From Oscillospiraceae bacterium (lineage in GTDB: Bacteria > Bacillota > Clostridia > Oscillospirales > UBA929), in contig JAITQI010000084.1 of NCBI GenBank assembly GCA_031289065.1, positions 1 through 41,803 of the forward strand: a stretch of 41,803 nt of DNA, written 5' to 3'. The position numbers and the translations under genes were made by a program. Position 1 is the stretch's first letter, and every line of letters begins with the position of its first letter. Positions 32,558 through 40,403 of this stretch are shown here, one piece after another. Below the pieces are notes generated by a model. The model saw only the letters and a program-made list of their open reading frames with translations, ran no database searches and was not told the DNA's origin.

Positions 32558-33502
32558 TCACTCCGCCACAAACCGTTTCATCTTCTCCGTGGCCTGCCGG
32601 TCCCGGGCGGCGGGGGCGGCGGCGGATCCGGGGTTGGCCCGGGACGGGGTCTGGGGGTGCCGGGCGTCGCCTGTCTCGATGGCGTCCAGAGTCAGCAAAT
32701 TCTTCTCCTTCCAGCTTTTCAGGATGGAGTGCATATATTTCCAGTTGAGGCCGCCGGTTTTGAGGGCGGTCTTGTCATAGGCCAGGGCGATGACGTCGGG
32801 GACAAAGCCCATGGCGATCCAGTCGGACACATATTTTTCCTCGCTGGCCGACGGGCCGCGCCCGGCGATGCCCAGAGCGCGGTAGACCACCGACGTGCTC
32901 TGCCGGGCGGACTCCCGGGTTTGGATATACTGCTCGGCCCGCTCCTCGGAGTCGATGCCCTCCTGTTCCCAGAGGGCGGCCTGTTTGTCGATCTGCCGCA
33001 GGGTGGGCATCCGCCCCGGCCCCCAGCGGCGGGCGGCGTCCTCCAGGCAGTGGCTGATGAGCAGGGAGATGACGCCGGGGGAAAACCCCCGCCAGTCATA
33101 CAGCCCGAACAAAATCTGCAAATCGCTGCTGGACAGCACCCGGCCCAGGCGGCGTTGGGTCTCCTCGGCCACATGGCGAAAAGCCGGATGTTCCTCCAGC
33201 CCCCGGGCCACCTCTTTGCCGGAATAGTCCGGCCTGACGTCCGAATCCACATGTACCGCCTGCCCCAGGGCTTCGGACAGCAGCCCCGCTTTTTGCAACA
33301 GAGACAACGCCTCGCTCAGCGCCTCCCGGGACAGGCCCAGGTCGGCGCACAGCGGCCGGTCGTCGCACCGGCCGTTCTGGCGCAACAAATACAAATACAC
33401 CCGGGCCGCCGCGCCGCTGCCGGTGTTCAGCAGGGCGGCCACCGTGGCGTCTGTCAACGAATAGACCCCGCCCGAAGGCAGGGCAAACATGCGCTCGGAC
33501 AT
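32558..33502 (-). CDS. DnaD-domain (DnaB_2) replication/primosome-like protein
   Basis: Two DnaD-type repeats (ISLLISHCLE...PTLRQIDKQAALWEQEGI and YVSDWIAMGFVPDVIALAYDKTALKTGGLNWKYMHSILKSWKEKNL). Confidence 0.8.
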   Translation of the reverse strand: MSERMFALPSGGVYSLTDATVAALLNTGSGAAARVYLYLLRQNGRCDDRPLCADLGLSREALSEALSLLQKAGLLSEALGQAVHVDSDVRPDYSGKEVARGLEEHPAFRHVAEETQRRLGRVLSSSDLQILFGLYDWRGFSPGVISLLISHCLEDAARRWGPGRMPTLRQIDKQAALWEQEGIDSEERAEQYIQTRESARQSTSVVYRALGIAGRGPSASEEKYVSDWIAMGFVPDVIALAYDKTALKTGGLNWKYMHSILKSWKEKNLLTLDAIETGDARHPQTPSRANPGSAAAPAARDRQATEKMKRFVAE

Positions 33503-33599
33503 AACCGTCTATACCTCTTCCGTGTGTTCTCTCTCTCCATTATACAGCAAGCGGCCCCGTTCGCCAAGGGCGGCGGCGAAATTTTAGGGGCCCCGCCGT

Positions 33600-34835
33600 T
33601 CACCAACCGAACACGGCCAGCCGCCGCAATACCGCTTCGTCCACCCGGGCTTCGGGCAGCGCGCCGGATAGCACCGCTTGGAGTACGCCCGCCCGGGCGT
33701 CGGCCAGGTCCTGGGGCATGAGAAGCACGTCGCACCCGGCCTTCAGGGCCAGGACGGCGGCCTCCCCGGCGGGCCAGCGGTCGGTGACGGCCTTCATGCG
33801 CAGGGAGTCGGTGACCACCAGGCCGTCAAACCCCAGCTCCCCCCGGAGAAAACCGGCGACGATGTCCGGGGACAGGGAGGCGGGGGTGTCGTCCCCGGTG
33901 ACCGCGGGCAGGGCGATGTGCCCCACCATGACCAGGTTGGTCCCCGCCGCCAGCGCGGCGGAAAAGGGCGGCCACTCCGTTCCCCGGAGGTGTTCCAGGT
34001 CATAGGGCAGGGAGACCGCCCCGGTGTGGCTGTCCCCCGCGGTGCCCCCGTGGCCGGGGAAGTGTTTTATACAGGGCTGGACGCCGTGGGCCAGCAGGGC
34101 TTTTACCGCCTGAGGGGCCAGCAGGGCCACGGCTTGGGGATCGGCGGAGAAGGCCCGGTTGCCGATGACGGTGTTGTTGGGGTTGGTCAGCACGTCGCAC
34201 ACCGGGGCGAAGTCCACCGTGAACCCCCAGTCCGCCAAGGCGGCCCCCAGGGCGTCCACCGCCGCGTAGACCTCTTGTTCGCCGCTCAGCCGCCCCATGG
34301 CGGGGGTTTTGGGAAAGGAACCCACGCCCCCCAAACGGGACACCCGGCCCCCCTCCTCGTCCACGCCGACGGCAAAGCCGGGCCCGCCCGCCTGGCGGAA
34401 GGCCGCCGTCAGCGCCCGCACCTGGGCTTCGTCCCGGATGTTCTCCCGGAAGAGCACCACGCCGGACACCGGCGTCTCGGCCAAGGCCCGGGCGGTTGCG
34501 TCGGTGAAGGCGTAAGCCGTCCCGCCGAGCTGGTCGGGGGCGACCCAAAACAGGGAGGAGACCTTTTCCGTCAGGCTCATCCCGGCCAGGGCGGTCTCGG
34601 GGTCTCCCGCCTCGGGTTTGTCCGGCGTGGGGGACGGCGGCGGCTCAGGCGTTTCCGGCGCGGGGAACGACGGCGAGGGCGTCTCCGGCGTGACCGTTTC
34701 CGTCGGCGGGACGGGCGCGGCGACAGACGGCGGGGCCGTATCCGGAGCGGGGGAGGGCGTTTCGCCGTCCCCCACCCCGGCGGCGCAGCCGGACAGCAGC
34801 AGGATACACAGGGCAAATCGGCTCAATCGTTTCAT
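33600..34835 (-). CDS. GH3 beta-N-acetylhexosaminidase-like lipoprotein (NagZ-type)
   Basis: Lipobox LLLSGC. Pro-rich linker. KHFPGHGGTAGDSHTG and GFDGLVVTDSL GH3 signatures. Confidence 0.9.
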   Translation of the reverse strand: MKRLSRFALCILLLSGCAAGVGDGETPSPAPDTAPPSVAAPVPPTETVTPETPSPSFPAPETPEPPPSPTPDKPEAGDPETALAGMSLTEKVSSLFWVAPDQLGGTAYAFTDATARALAETPVSGVVLFRENIRDEAQVRALTAAFRQAGGPGFAVGVDEEGGRVSRLGGVGSFPKTPAMGRLSGEQEVYAAVDALGAALADWGFTVDFAPVCDVLTNPNNTVIGNRAFSADPQAVALLAPQAVKALLAHGVQPCIKHFPGHGGTAGDSHTGAVSLPYDLEHLRGTEWPPFSAALAAGTNLVMVGHIALPAVTGDDTPASLSPDIVAGFLRGELGFDGLVVTDSLRMKAVTDRWPAGEAAVLALKAGCDVLLMPQDLADARAGVLQAVLSGALPEARVDEAVLRRLAVFGW

Positions 34836-34860
34836 GAGACGATTGTATTCTCTTCGTCGC

Positions 34861-34910
34861 CGATTGTCAACGGGGACAATCTACAATGGACGATGGACGA
34901 TTGACAATAA
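34861..34910. repeat. ATTGAC(A/G)-heptamer-family array in the divergent GH3/GH31 intergenic region
   Basis: CGATTGTCAACGGGGACAATCTACAATGGACGATGGACGATTGACAATAA. Confidence 0.65.
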
Positions 34911-35071
34911 AGGCAGCGGGGAAAACATTCCCTGGGCGGGGGGGAATTCTATTGCCAGGGGCGCGGTTTTTCGGTATAATATAGCAGATAGGCAGAAGAC
35001 AGAAAACAGAAACCGGACGGCGGGGTTGGCCGTGTTTACGTGTTTTCTGTTTCTTGAAAGGTGGTTTCAGC

Positions 35072-37048
35072 ATGTTGCGGGTGGATGTCAAGGGCGACAA
35101 GCTGACGGTGTATCTGGGGGAACGCCCGGTCATCGTTCACACGCCGGACGCGCCCTTTGTCCATGTGGGCAAAGGCGTGGGCCGGTTTCGCGCCCATGGC
35201 GGCCACTGGCGGGTGTCGGACGGGCAGTTGCGGCGCACGGCGCTGACCGGGGCGCAATACGACGCGGGGCGGTCGGCCGTGCGGTTTTCGGGGGGGGATT
35301 ATTCCCTCACGTTTCATCTGTCCGAGACCGAGGGCAGCCTGATTCTGACCACCCAGCGGGCGTCCACCGGCCTCAACCGGATTTGGCTGAGCTTTCCGGC
35401 CAAATCGGGGCAAGGGGTGTACGGCGGCGGGGCCCAATACGGCGGGCTGGATTTGCGGGGCCATCGGGTGCCCCTGTGGGTGCACGAACGGCGGGTAGGA
35501 CGGGAGAGCGCCCGGCTGCCGCTCCTGCGGGCCAGCGGCCATCACGCCACCCAGTTCCCCCACCCCTCCTTTTTTACCCAGGACGGACTGTTTGTGTATT
35601 TGGACTCCCCGGCCTACGGCGCGCTGGATTTCCGGGACGCCCGGCGGCACAGGGCCGAGCTGTGGGAACTGCCTTCGGCGGTGGTGGTGGGCGTGGAAAC
35701 CGAGATTCCGGCCCTGGCGCGGCGCATGAGCCGGGTGCTGGGCCATCAGTCGGTGCTGCCCTACTGGAGCGTGGAAGGGGTTTGGATGGAGGCCGCCGGG
35801 GGGATGCCCGCCCTGGTGGCGCGGCTGGACAAAGCGGTGTCGGCGGGGGTGCAGGTGTCGGCGGTCTGTCTGCGGGACTGGTCGGGCCGGCGGGAGACTG
35901 CCCGGGGGCCGCGGGTGTTTTACGACTGGACCCCCAACCAGGAGCTGTATCCCCGGCTGGACAAGGTGGTGGGCGAGCTGTCCGCCGCCGGTGTGCGGAC
36001 GCTGGCCTACATCAACCCACACATGGCCATCGAGGGGCGGCTGTTCGCCGAGGCCTCCATGGCGGGGTACCTGGTGCGCAAGCCGGAGGGCGGCAACTAC
36101 ATCAACGACATGGGCGGCTTTATGGCCGGGCACCTGGATTTGACCAATCCGGACGCCTGCGCCTGGTTCAAGGAGATCATCAAGAACAACATCCTCAAAC
36201 GGGGTTTTTCCGGCTACATGGCCGATATGGGGTATTACCTCCCGGCTCGGGGGGTGCTGCAAAACGGCGAAAGCCCCAACCGGATGCACAACCGCTGGCC
36301 GGTGCTGTGGGCCAAGCTCAACCGGGAGGCTGTCCGGGAGGCCGGGCGGGCCAACGACACGGTGTTTTTCACCCGGGCCGGATACGGCGGCTCCTGCGGG
36401 CAGACCATGCTGACCACCACCGGGGAGCACAACGCCGGTTGGGGGGCGGAGGACGGCCTGCCCTCGGCGCTGACCGCCTCCCTGACCCTGGCGTGCAGCG
36501 GCATGGGCCTGTCCCTGAGCGACATCGGCGGCAACATGGCCTTTTCGGCCCGCCGGAGCAAGGAGATGTACCTGCGGTGGGCGGAATACGCCGCCTTCAC
36601 GCCGGTCATGCGCACCGTTTCCCTGCCCGGGCAGCTGGATTTTGACACAGACGAGGAGATCCTCGCGCTGTTCGCCCGGCTGAGCCGTCTCCACGCCGCC
36701 CTGGCCCCCTACACCCACGCCTGCGTCCGGGAAAACGCCGGGGAGGGCCGCCCGGTGATGCGCCCCCTGTTTATGGAGTTCCCCCAGGACGAGCGGGCCC
36801 GCCGGGTGACCAACGCCTACATGCTGGGCGGGGAGCTGCTGGTCGCGCCGGTGATGCAGCGGGGCCGCCGGGAGCGAGGGGTCTACCTGCCCGCGGGGAA
36901 TTGGGTTCATCTGTGGAGCGGCAAGGCTTACATCGGCGGGGAACACACGATGGACGCCCCGCTGGGCCGCCCGCCGGTGTTCTATCGCCCCACCAGCCGG
37001 TTTGTCGAGGTGTTTGAAAACGTAAACGACGCGGCGACGAACAATTGA
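35072..37048 (+). CDS. Glycoside hydrolase family 31 (YihQ/alpha-glucosidase-like)
   Basis: AAAGGTGG RBS. GYMADMGYYLP (nucleophile region, compare ADFGE/DMNE) and SLSDIGG (acid/base region). Ends ..TNN-stop in the CAATTGA repeat. Confidence 0.85.
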   Translation: MLRVDVKGDKLTVYLGERPVIVHTPDAPFVHVGKGVGRFRAHGGHWRVSDGQLRRTALTGAQYDAGRSAVRFSGGDYSLTFHLSETEGSLILTTQRASTGLNRIWLSFPAKSGQGVYGGGAQYGGLDLRGHRVPLWVHERRVGRESARLPLLRASGHHATQFPHPSFFTQDGLFVYLDSPAYGALDFRDARRHRAELWELPSAVVVGVETEIPALARRMSRVLGHQSVLPYWSVEGVWMEAAGGMPALVARLDKAVSAGVQVSAVCLRDWSGRRETARGPRVFYDWTPNQELYPRLDKVVGELSAAGVRTLAYINPHMAIEGRLFAEASMAGYLVRKPEGGNYINDMGGFMAGHLDLTNPDACAWFKEIIKNNILKRGFSGYMADMGYYLPARGVLQNGESPNRMHNRWPVLWAKLNREAVREAGRANDTVFFTRAGYGGSCGQTMLTTTGEHNAGWGAEDGLPSALTASLTLACSGMGLSLSDIGGNMAFSARRSKEMYLRWAEYAAFTPVMRTVSLPGQLDFDTDEEILALFARLSRLHAALAPYTHACVRENAGEGRPVMRPLFMEFPQDERARRVTNAYMLGGELLVAPVMQRGRRERGVYLPAGNWVHLWSGKAYIGGEHTMDAPLGRPPVFYRPTSRFVEVFENVNDAATNN

Positions 37049-37079
37049 CAATTGACGATTGACGATGGACAATTTTTTT
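37041..37079. repeat. Best-developed heptamer array: ATTGACA ATTGACG ATTGACG ATGGACA AT, then T7
   Basis: ACAATTGACAATTGACGATTGACGATGGACAATTTTTTT, with 7-bp periodicity. It contains the GH31 stop codon. Confidence 0.75.
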
Positions 37080-37199
37080 GGGGTGCGGTGGGTTTCCTCC
37101 GCATCCCCTGTTTTTTTGGGGTTGAATTTTTGACAGAGCGTGATATGATTGCTGTTAGGGACGTTTTTTGGCCCGTTATTTTTAGGGGAGGGGTTTCTT

Positions 37200-38816
37200 T
37201 TGAAACGGCATTTGAGGGTTATTGCCGCGTTGTTTTGCGCTGTGGGGGCGCTGGTTTCCTGTGTGCGGCCGGCGGTTGCCGCGGGGGGACATTGGGCGGA
37301 CGACCAGATGCGGGCCTGGCAGGCCAAGGGGATTGTGCGCCCGGAGGGGGACGGCGCTTTTCGGCCGGACGACCCGGTCACCTCCGTGGAAGCGGCGGAT
37401 TTGCTGACGGCGGCGTGGTCTGTTTGGACGCCCGCGCCGGAGGCGGGCCTGGCGGACGACGACGGGGCGCGGTTGACTCGAGAGGCGGCGGCGCTGGCGC
37501 TGTATGACATATTCCGGTCCTCCTTGGAGGAGGTCCGCAAGACGGATTTTACGGATTTTGACCAGGTCTCCCCCGCGGCGGCGGACGCCGTGGCGGTGTT
37601 GGCGGGCAACGGCGTCATCGCCGGGTATCCAGACGGGCGGGTGGGCCCCGACCGGGCCGTGACCCGGGCGGAGTTCATCGCCATGACCGACCGCCTACTG
37701 CGCCTCGCCGGGCAAAAGGGCGCGACCGTCCTCGTGCAGGACACCGAAAACACGGCGGCGGCCCACATCTCCGAAGCCGAGCCGGACACGGGGGCCACCG
37801 ACGCCCAGGACATGGGCACGGTGGCGATCGGCCGGGGGGCCGACGGGGCGCGCCGGGCGCTGCTGTTGCGCTTCCCGCTCCCGGCGGGGATTTTGGCGGC
37901 TGAGGTGACCTCGGCCCGGGTCTATGTGCACTACCGGTCGGGGGATACGCCCGCGCTGCAAGTCTCCGCCGTCACGGGCAGCTGGAGCACCGCCACGGCG
38001 ACCTGGAACGAAACCGCGCCGTATCTCTCCGAGGCGAACCAGTCCCCTGTCTCCGAAGACGGCGGGGCGGGCTGGTATACAATCGACGTGACCGCCCTGG
38101 TCAAGGGGTGGCTGTCGGAGGACCTCAACAACAACGGCCTTGTCATCGAGGAGACCCAGAGCGGCCACCAGGCCGTCTTTGACTCGGCGTTTAGCTGGGA
38201 AGAGGGCTATTGCCCCAAGCTGGAAATCGTCTACACCCCCGGCGCGGAGACCGAGCGGTACGGAAAATACGCCTTTGAACGCCAGGCGACAGGCAACTGC
38301 ATGTCCTTCGCCCTGCGGGACAGGGACATGATCCTGTACGACGATCTGTTTGACACGCCCGCCTTCCAGGCCGCCTACGACGCGGGGGGGACGGCGGCGG
38401 CGTTCACCTACGTCAGGGCCCGGGTGCTGGCCTATGTGGAGGAACACAAGGAATCCCTGCGGGTGGAGGCCATCCGGCCGCTGGACGGGTTTGACGGGGC
38501 CATCGACCCCGAGACGGAATACCGCGTCGCCCTGCGCGTCGGCTTCCGGGACAGGAGCTTCCCCGAGGGGATCCAGGTGGACGAGGACTTTGACTACCAC
38601 TTTTGGGCTCAGCTGGCGGACGGAAGCTGGGCGGAAAAGACCCCGCAGGAGGCCGCCCGCCGAGTTCCCGGCGCCAACGCCGCCACCGATCCCGGCGCCT
38701 ATCCGTGGCACCAGGGGTACATGTGGGGGTATGAGAAGTGGAACGACTACTACACCAGCGACGTGGCCTATTTCGCCGTGACGAAGACGGCAGATAACTT
38801 TACGGGGAGCAATTAA
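37200..38816 (+). CDS. Secreted SLH-domain protein with a DNRLRE-type carbohydrate-binding domain and a C-terminal Cys/His domain
   Basis: TTG start after AGGGGAGGGG. Signal peptide LKRHLRVIAALFCAVGALVSC. Two SLH repeats. LLLRFPL...ARVYVHY...TGSWSTATATWNETAP...GWYTIDVTALVKGW (DNRLRE-like). C-terminal QATGNCMSFAL ... DYHFW. Confidence 0.8.
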   Translation: MKRHLRVIAALFCAVGALVSCVRPAVAAGGHWADDQMRAWQAKGIVRPEGDGAFRPDDPVTSVEAADLLTAAWSVWTPAPEAGLADDDGARLTREAAALALYDIFRSSLEEVRKTDFTDFDQVSPAAADAVAVLAGNGVIAGYPDGRVGPDRAVTRAEFIAMTDRLLRLAGQKGATVLVQDTENTAAAHISEAEPDTGATDAQDMGTVAIGRGADGARRALLLRFPLPAGILAAEVTSARVYVHYRSGDTPALQVSAVTGSWSTATATWNETAPYLSEANQSPVSEDGGAGWYTIDVTALVKGWLSEDLNNNGLVIEETQSGHQAVFDSAFSWEEGYCPKLEIVYTPGAETERYGKYAFERQATGNCMSFALRDRDMILYDDLFDTPAFQAAYDAGGTAAAFTYVRARVLAYVEEHKESLRVEAIRPLDGFDGAIDPETEYRVALRVGFRDRSFPEGIQVDEDFDYHFWAQLADGSWAEKTPQEAARRVPGANAATDPGAYPWHQGYMWGYEKWNDYYTSDVAYFAVTKTADNFTGSN

Positions 38817-38908
38817 GAATTAATGAAGAATTAAAAATTGCGGAGCCGCTGCGCGGCAATTTAAATTATCGCGCTTCAGCGCGATTCCGCAATTTTTAAT
38901 TCTTAATT
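38811..38908. repeat. Full copy of family-A MITE/REP-like element (98 bp), inverted relative to 41568
   Basis: AATTAAGAATTAATGAAGAATTAAAAATTGCGGA GCCGCTGCGCGGC AATTTAAATT ATCGCGCTTCAGCGCGAT TCCGCAATTTTTAATTCTTAATT. The first AAT TAA is the last codon plus stop of the upstream CDS. Confidence 0.9.
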
Positions 38909-38936
38909 ATTTAATATATAATCTCGTTTTTGGGGG

Positions 38937-40403
38937 GTGGAAGCGGTGTTGAGACCTTGGGGTGCTGGGGTTGTGCGGTGGATTGGGCTTGCTGTGCTTG
39001 GGCTGGCGGCGGTGTTTGGTTTTGGGGGTTTGGGGCAGGTTCGGGTGTATGTCTGCTTTTTGGCGGTTGCTGGGGGGCTTTTCTTTGTGCAACGGCGATT
39101 TTGCGACCGCCGGTGGTTCTGGGCGGGGGCGCTTGTCCTGTTTTCGGTGGCGATTGACCTGACCTTTGTGCTGTTCAACGGGGTGCTGGTGGGGGACAAC
39201 GATCTGAGTTTCTACTACACCCAGTACACCGAGATGATGGGCCACGACTACCGCGTACGGGGGATGTATTCCGCCCTGTTCCCGGGAACGGTGACCTATC
39301 CCGCCCTGCTGACCTTTGTCAGCAAGCTCTTCGGGTTGGACGCGGCGCGGCATTTGATCCCCATCGGGCTGAACATCGCCGTCATGGCGGTGTTCGCGGG
39401 GGTGGCCTTCCTCTGTTTTTCCGGGCCCGGCAAGGGAAACGGGCGGGGGTTCGCTCTGGGGCTTCTGCTCTGCGTGAACCCCTACAAAATGATCTACGCC
39501 GCCACGGTCAACGCGGAGCTCCTGTTCGGGGCCTGCGTGTTCTTCTCCGTCGCGGTGTTTGACAGGGCGCGGCGCTCGGAAGGCAAAGCGAGCTGGGCGC
39601 TGTACGCCGGGTCGGCGGCGCTGTGCGCCGTGTCCGCGCTGTTCAGGCCCCTGGGGCTCATTTTGGTGGCGGCGGTCTGCCTGTACCTTGCGCTGTTTTC
39701 CGGGACGCCGATGAAACGCGTCCTCCCGGTTTGCGGGCTGTTTATCGTCTCCTTCTGGCTGGTCGGGCTGGCCAACAACGGGATTGTCAAAAACGCCTCC
39801 GGGTTCGACATCCCCAAGCGGTCATACGGCTGGAACCTCTACGTGGGCGCCTCGGAGACCGGCACCTGGAACAGCGCGGACGGCGCGGCGTTCGAGGAGA
39901 TGATGGCCGGGGGCGGCACCCCCGATGAGATCATGGCGGCCTTCGCGGACAAGGCGTTCCGGCGGTACAAGGCGATGGGGCTTGGGGCGGTGCCCCACGG
40001 GTTGGAAAAATTGTCCCGCCTGTTCCCGGCCACCGCGTATTTGCAGCAGCAACTGCCCGTCAAGACGCGGACGGCGTATCTCCCGGTGCTTTCGGCCTTT
40101 GACGCGCCGGTGATGATTTTGGGGCTGCTTGGGTTGGCGCTGGCCCTGTGGCGGCGGGAGAAGGGGTTTGTCATGCCGCTGATCGCCCTGTACGTCCTGG
40201 GGAACGTGGCGGCGTTCATGTTCCTGGAGGTCGCCCCCCGGTATTTTGTCTCCTTTCACCTGTTGATGTGCGTGCCCGCGCTCTATTTCGTCGAATGGTT
40301 TTTTCGCGGGGGAAAACGTGGTATGATGAAAAACATCGACAAAGGGGGGACGGCGCGTGAACACAAAGACGCCGAGGGACTGGCTGATGCAGACCAAAAT
40401 TAG
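38937..40403 (+). CDS. Polytopic membrane protein, GT-C-fold glycosyltransferase-like (ArnT/PMT-type)
   Basis: At least 10 hydrophobic segments over 488 aa with a periplasmic-type loop near the C-terminus. The start is uncertain (GTG 38937 or 38946). Confidence 0.65.
   Translation: MEAVLRPWGAGVVRWIGLAVLGLAAVFGFGGLGQVRVYVCFLAVAGGLFFVQRRFCDRRWFWAGALVLFSVAIDLTFVLFNGVLVGDNDLSFYYTQYTEMMGHDYRVRGMYSALFPGTVTYPALLTFVSKLFGLDAARHLIPIGLNIAVMAVFAGVAFLCFSGPGKGNGRGFALGLLLCVNPYKMIYAATVNAELLFGACVFFSVAVFDRARRSEGKASWALYAGSAALCAVSALFRPLGLILVAAVCLYLALFSGTPMKRVLPVCGLFIVSFWLVGLANNGIVKNASGFDIPKRSYGWNLYVGASETGTWNSADGAAFEEMMAGGGTPDEIMAAFADKAFRRYKAMGLGAVPHGLEKLSRLFPATAYLQQQLPVKTRTAYLPVLSAFDAPVMILGLLGLALALWRREKGFVMPLIALYVLGNVAAFMFLEVAPRYFVSFHLLMCVPALYFVEWFFRGGKRGMMKNIDKGGTAREHKDAEGLADADQN

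Noticed and set aside
34618-37819. 675-aa (+) and 927-aa (-) ORFs overlapping GH3/GH31
   Set aside because: Arg/Pro/Gly-rich off-frame translations. The GH3 and GH31 frames carry family signatures.
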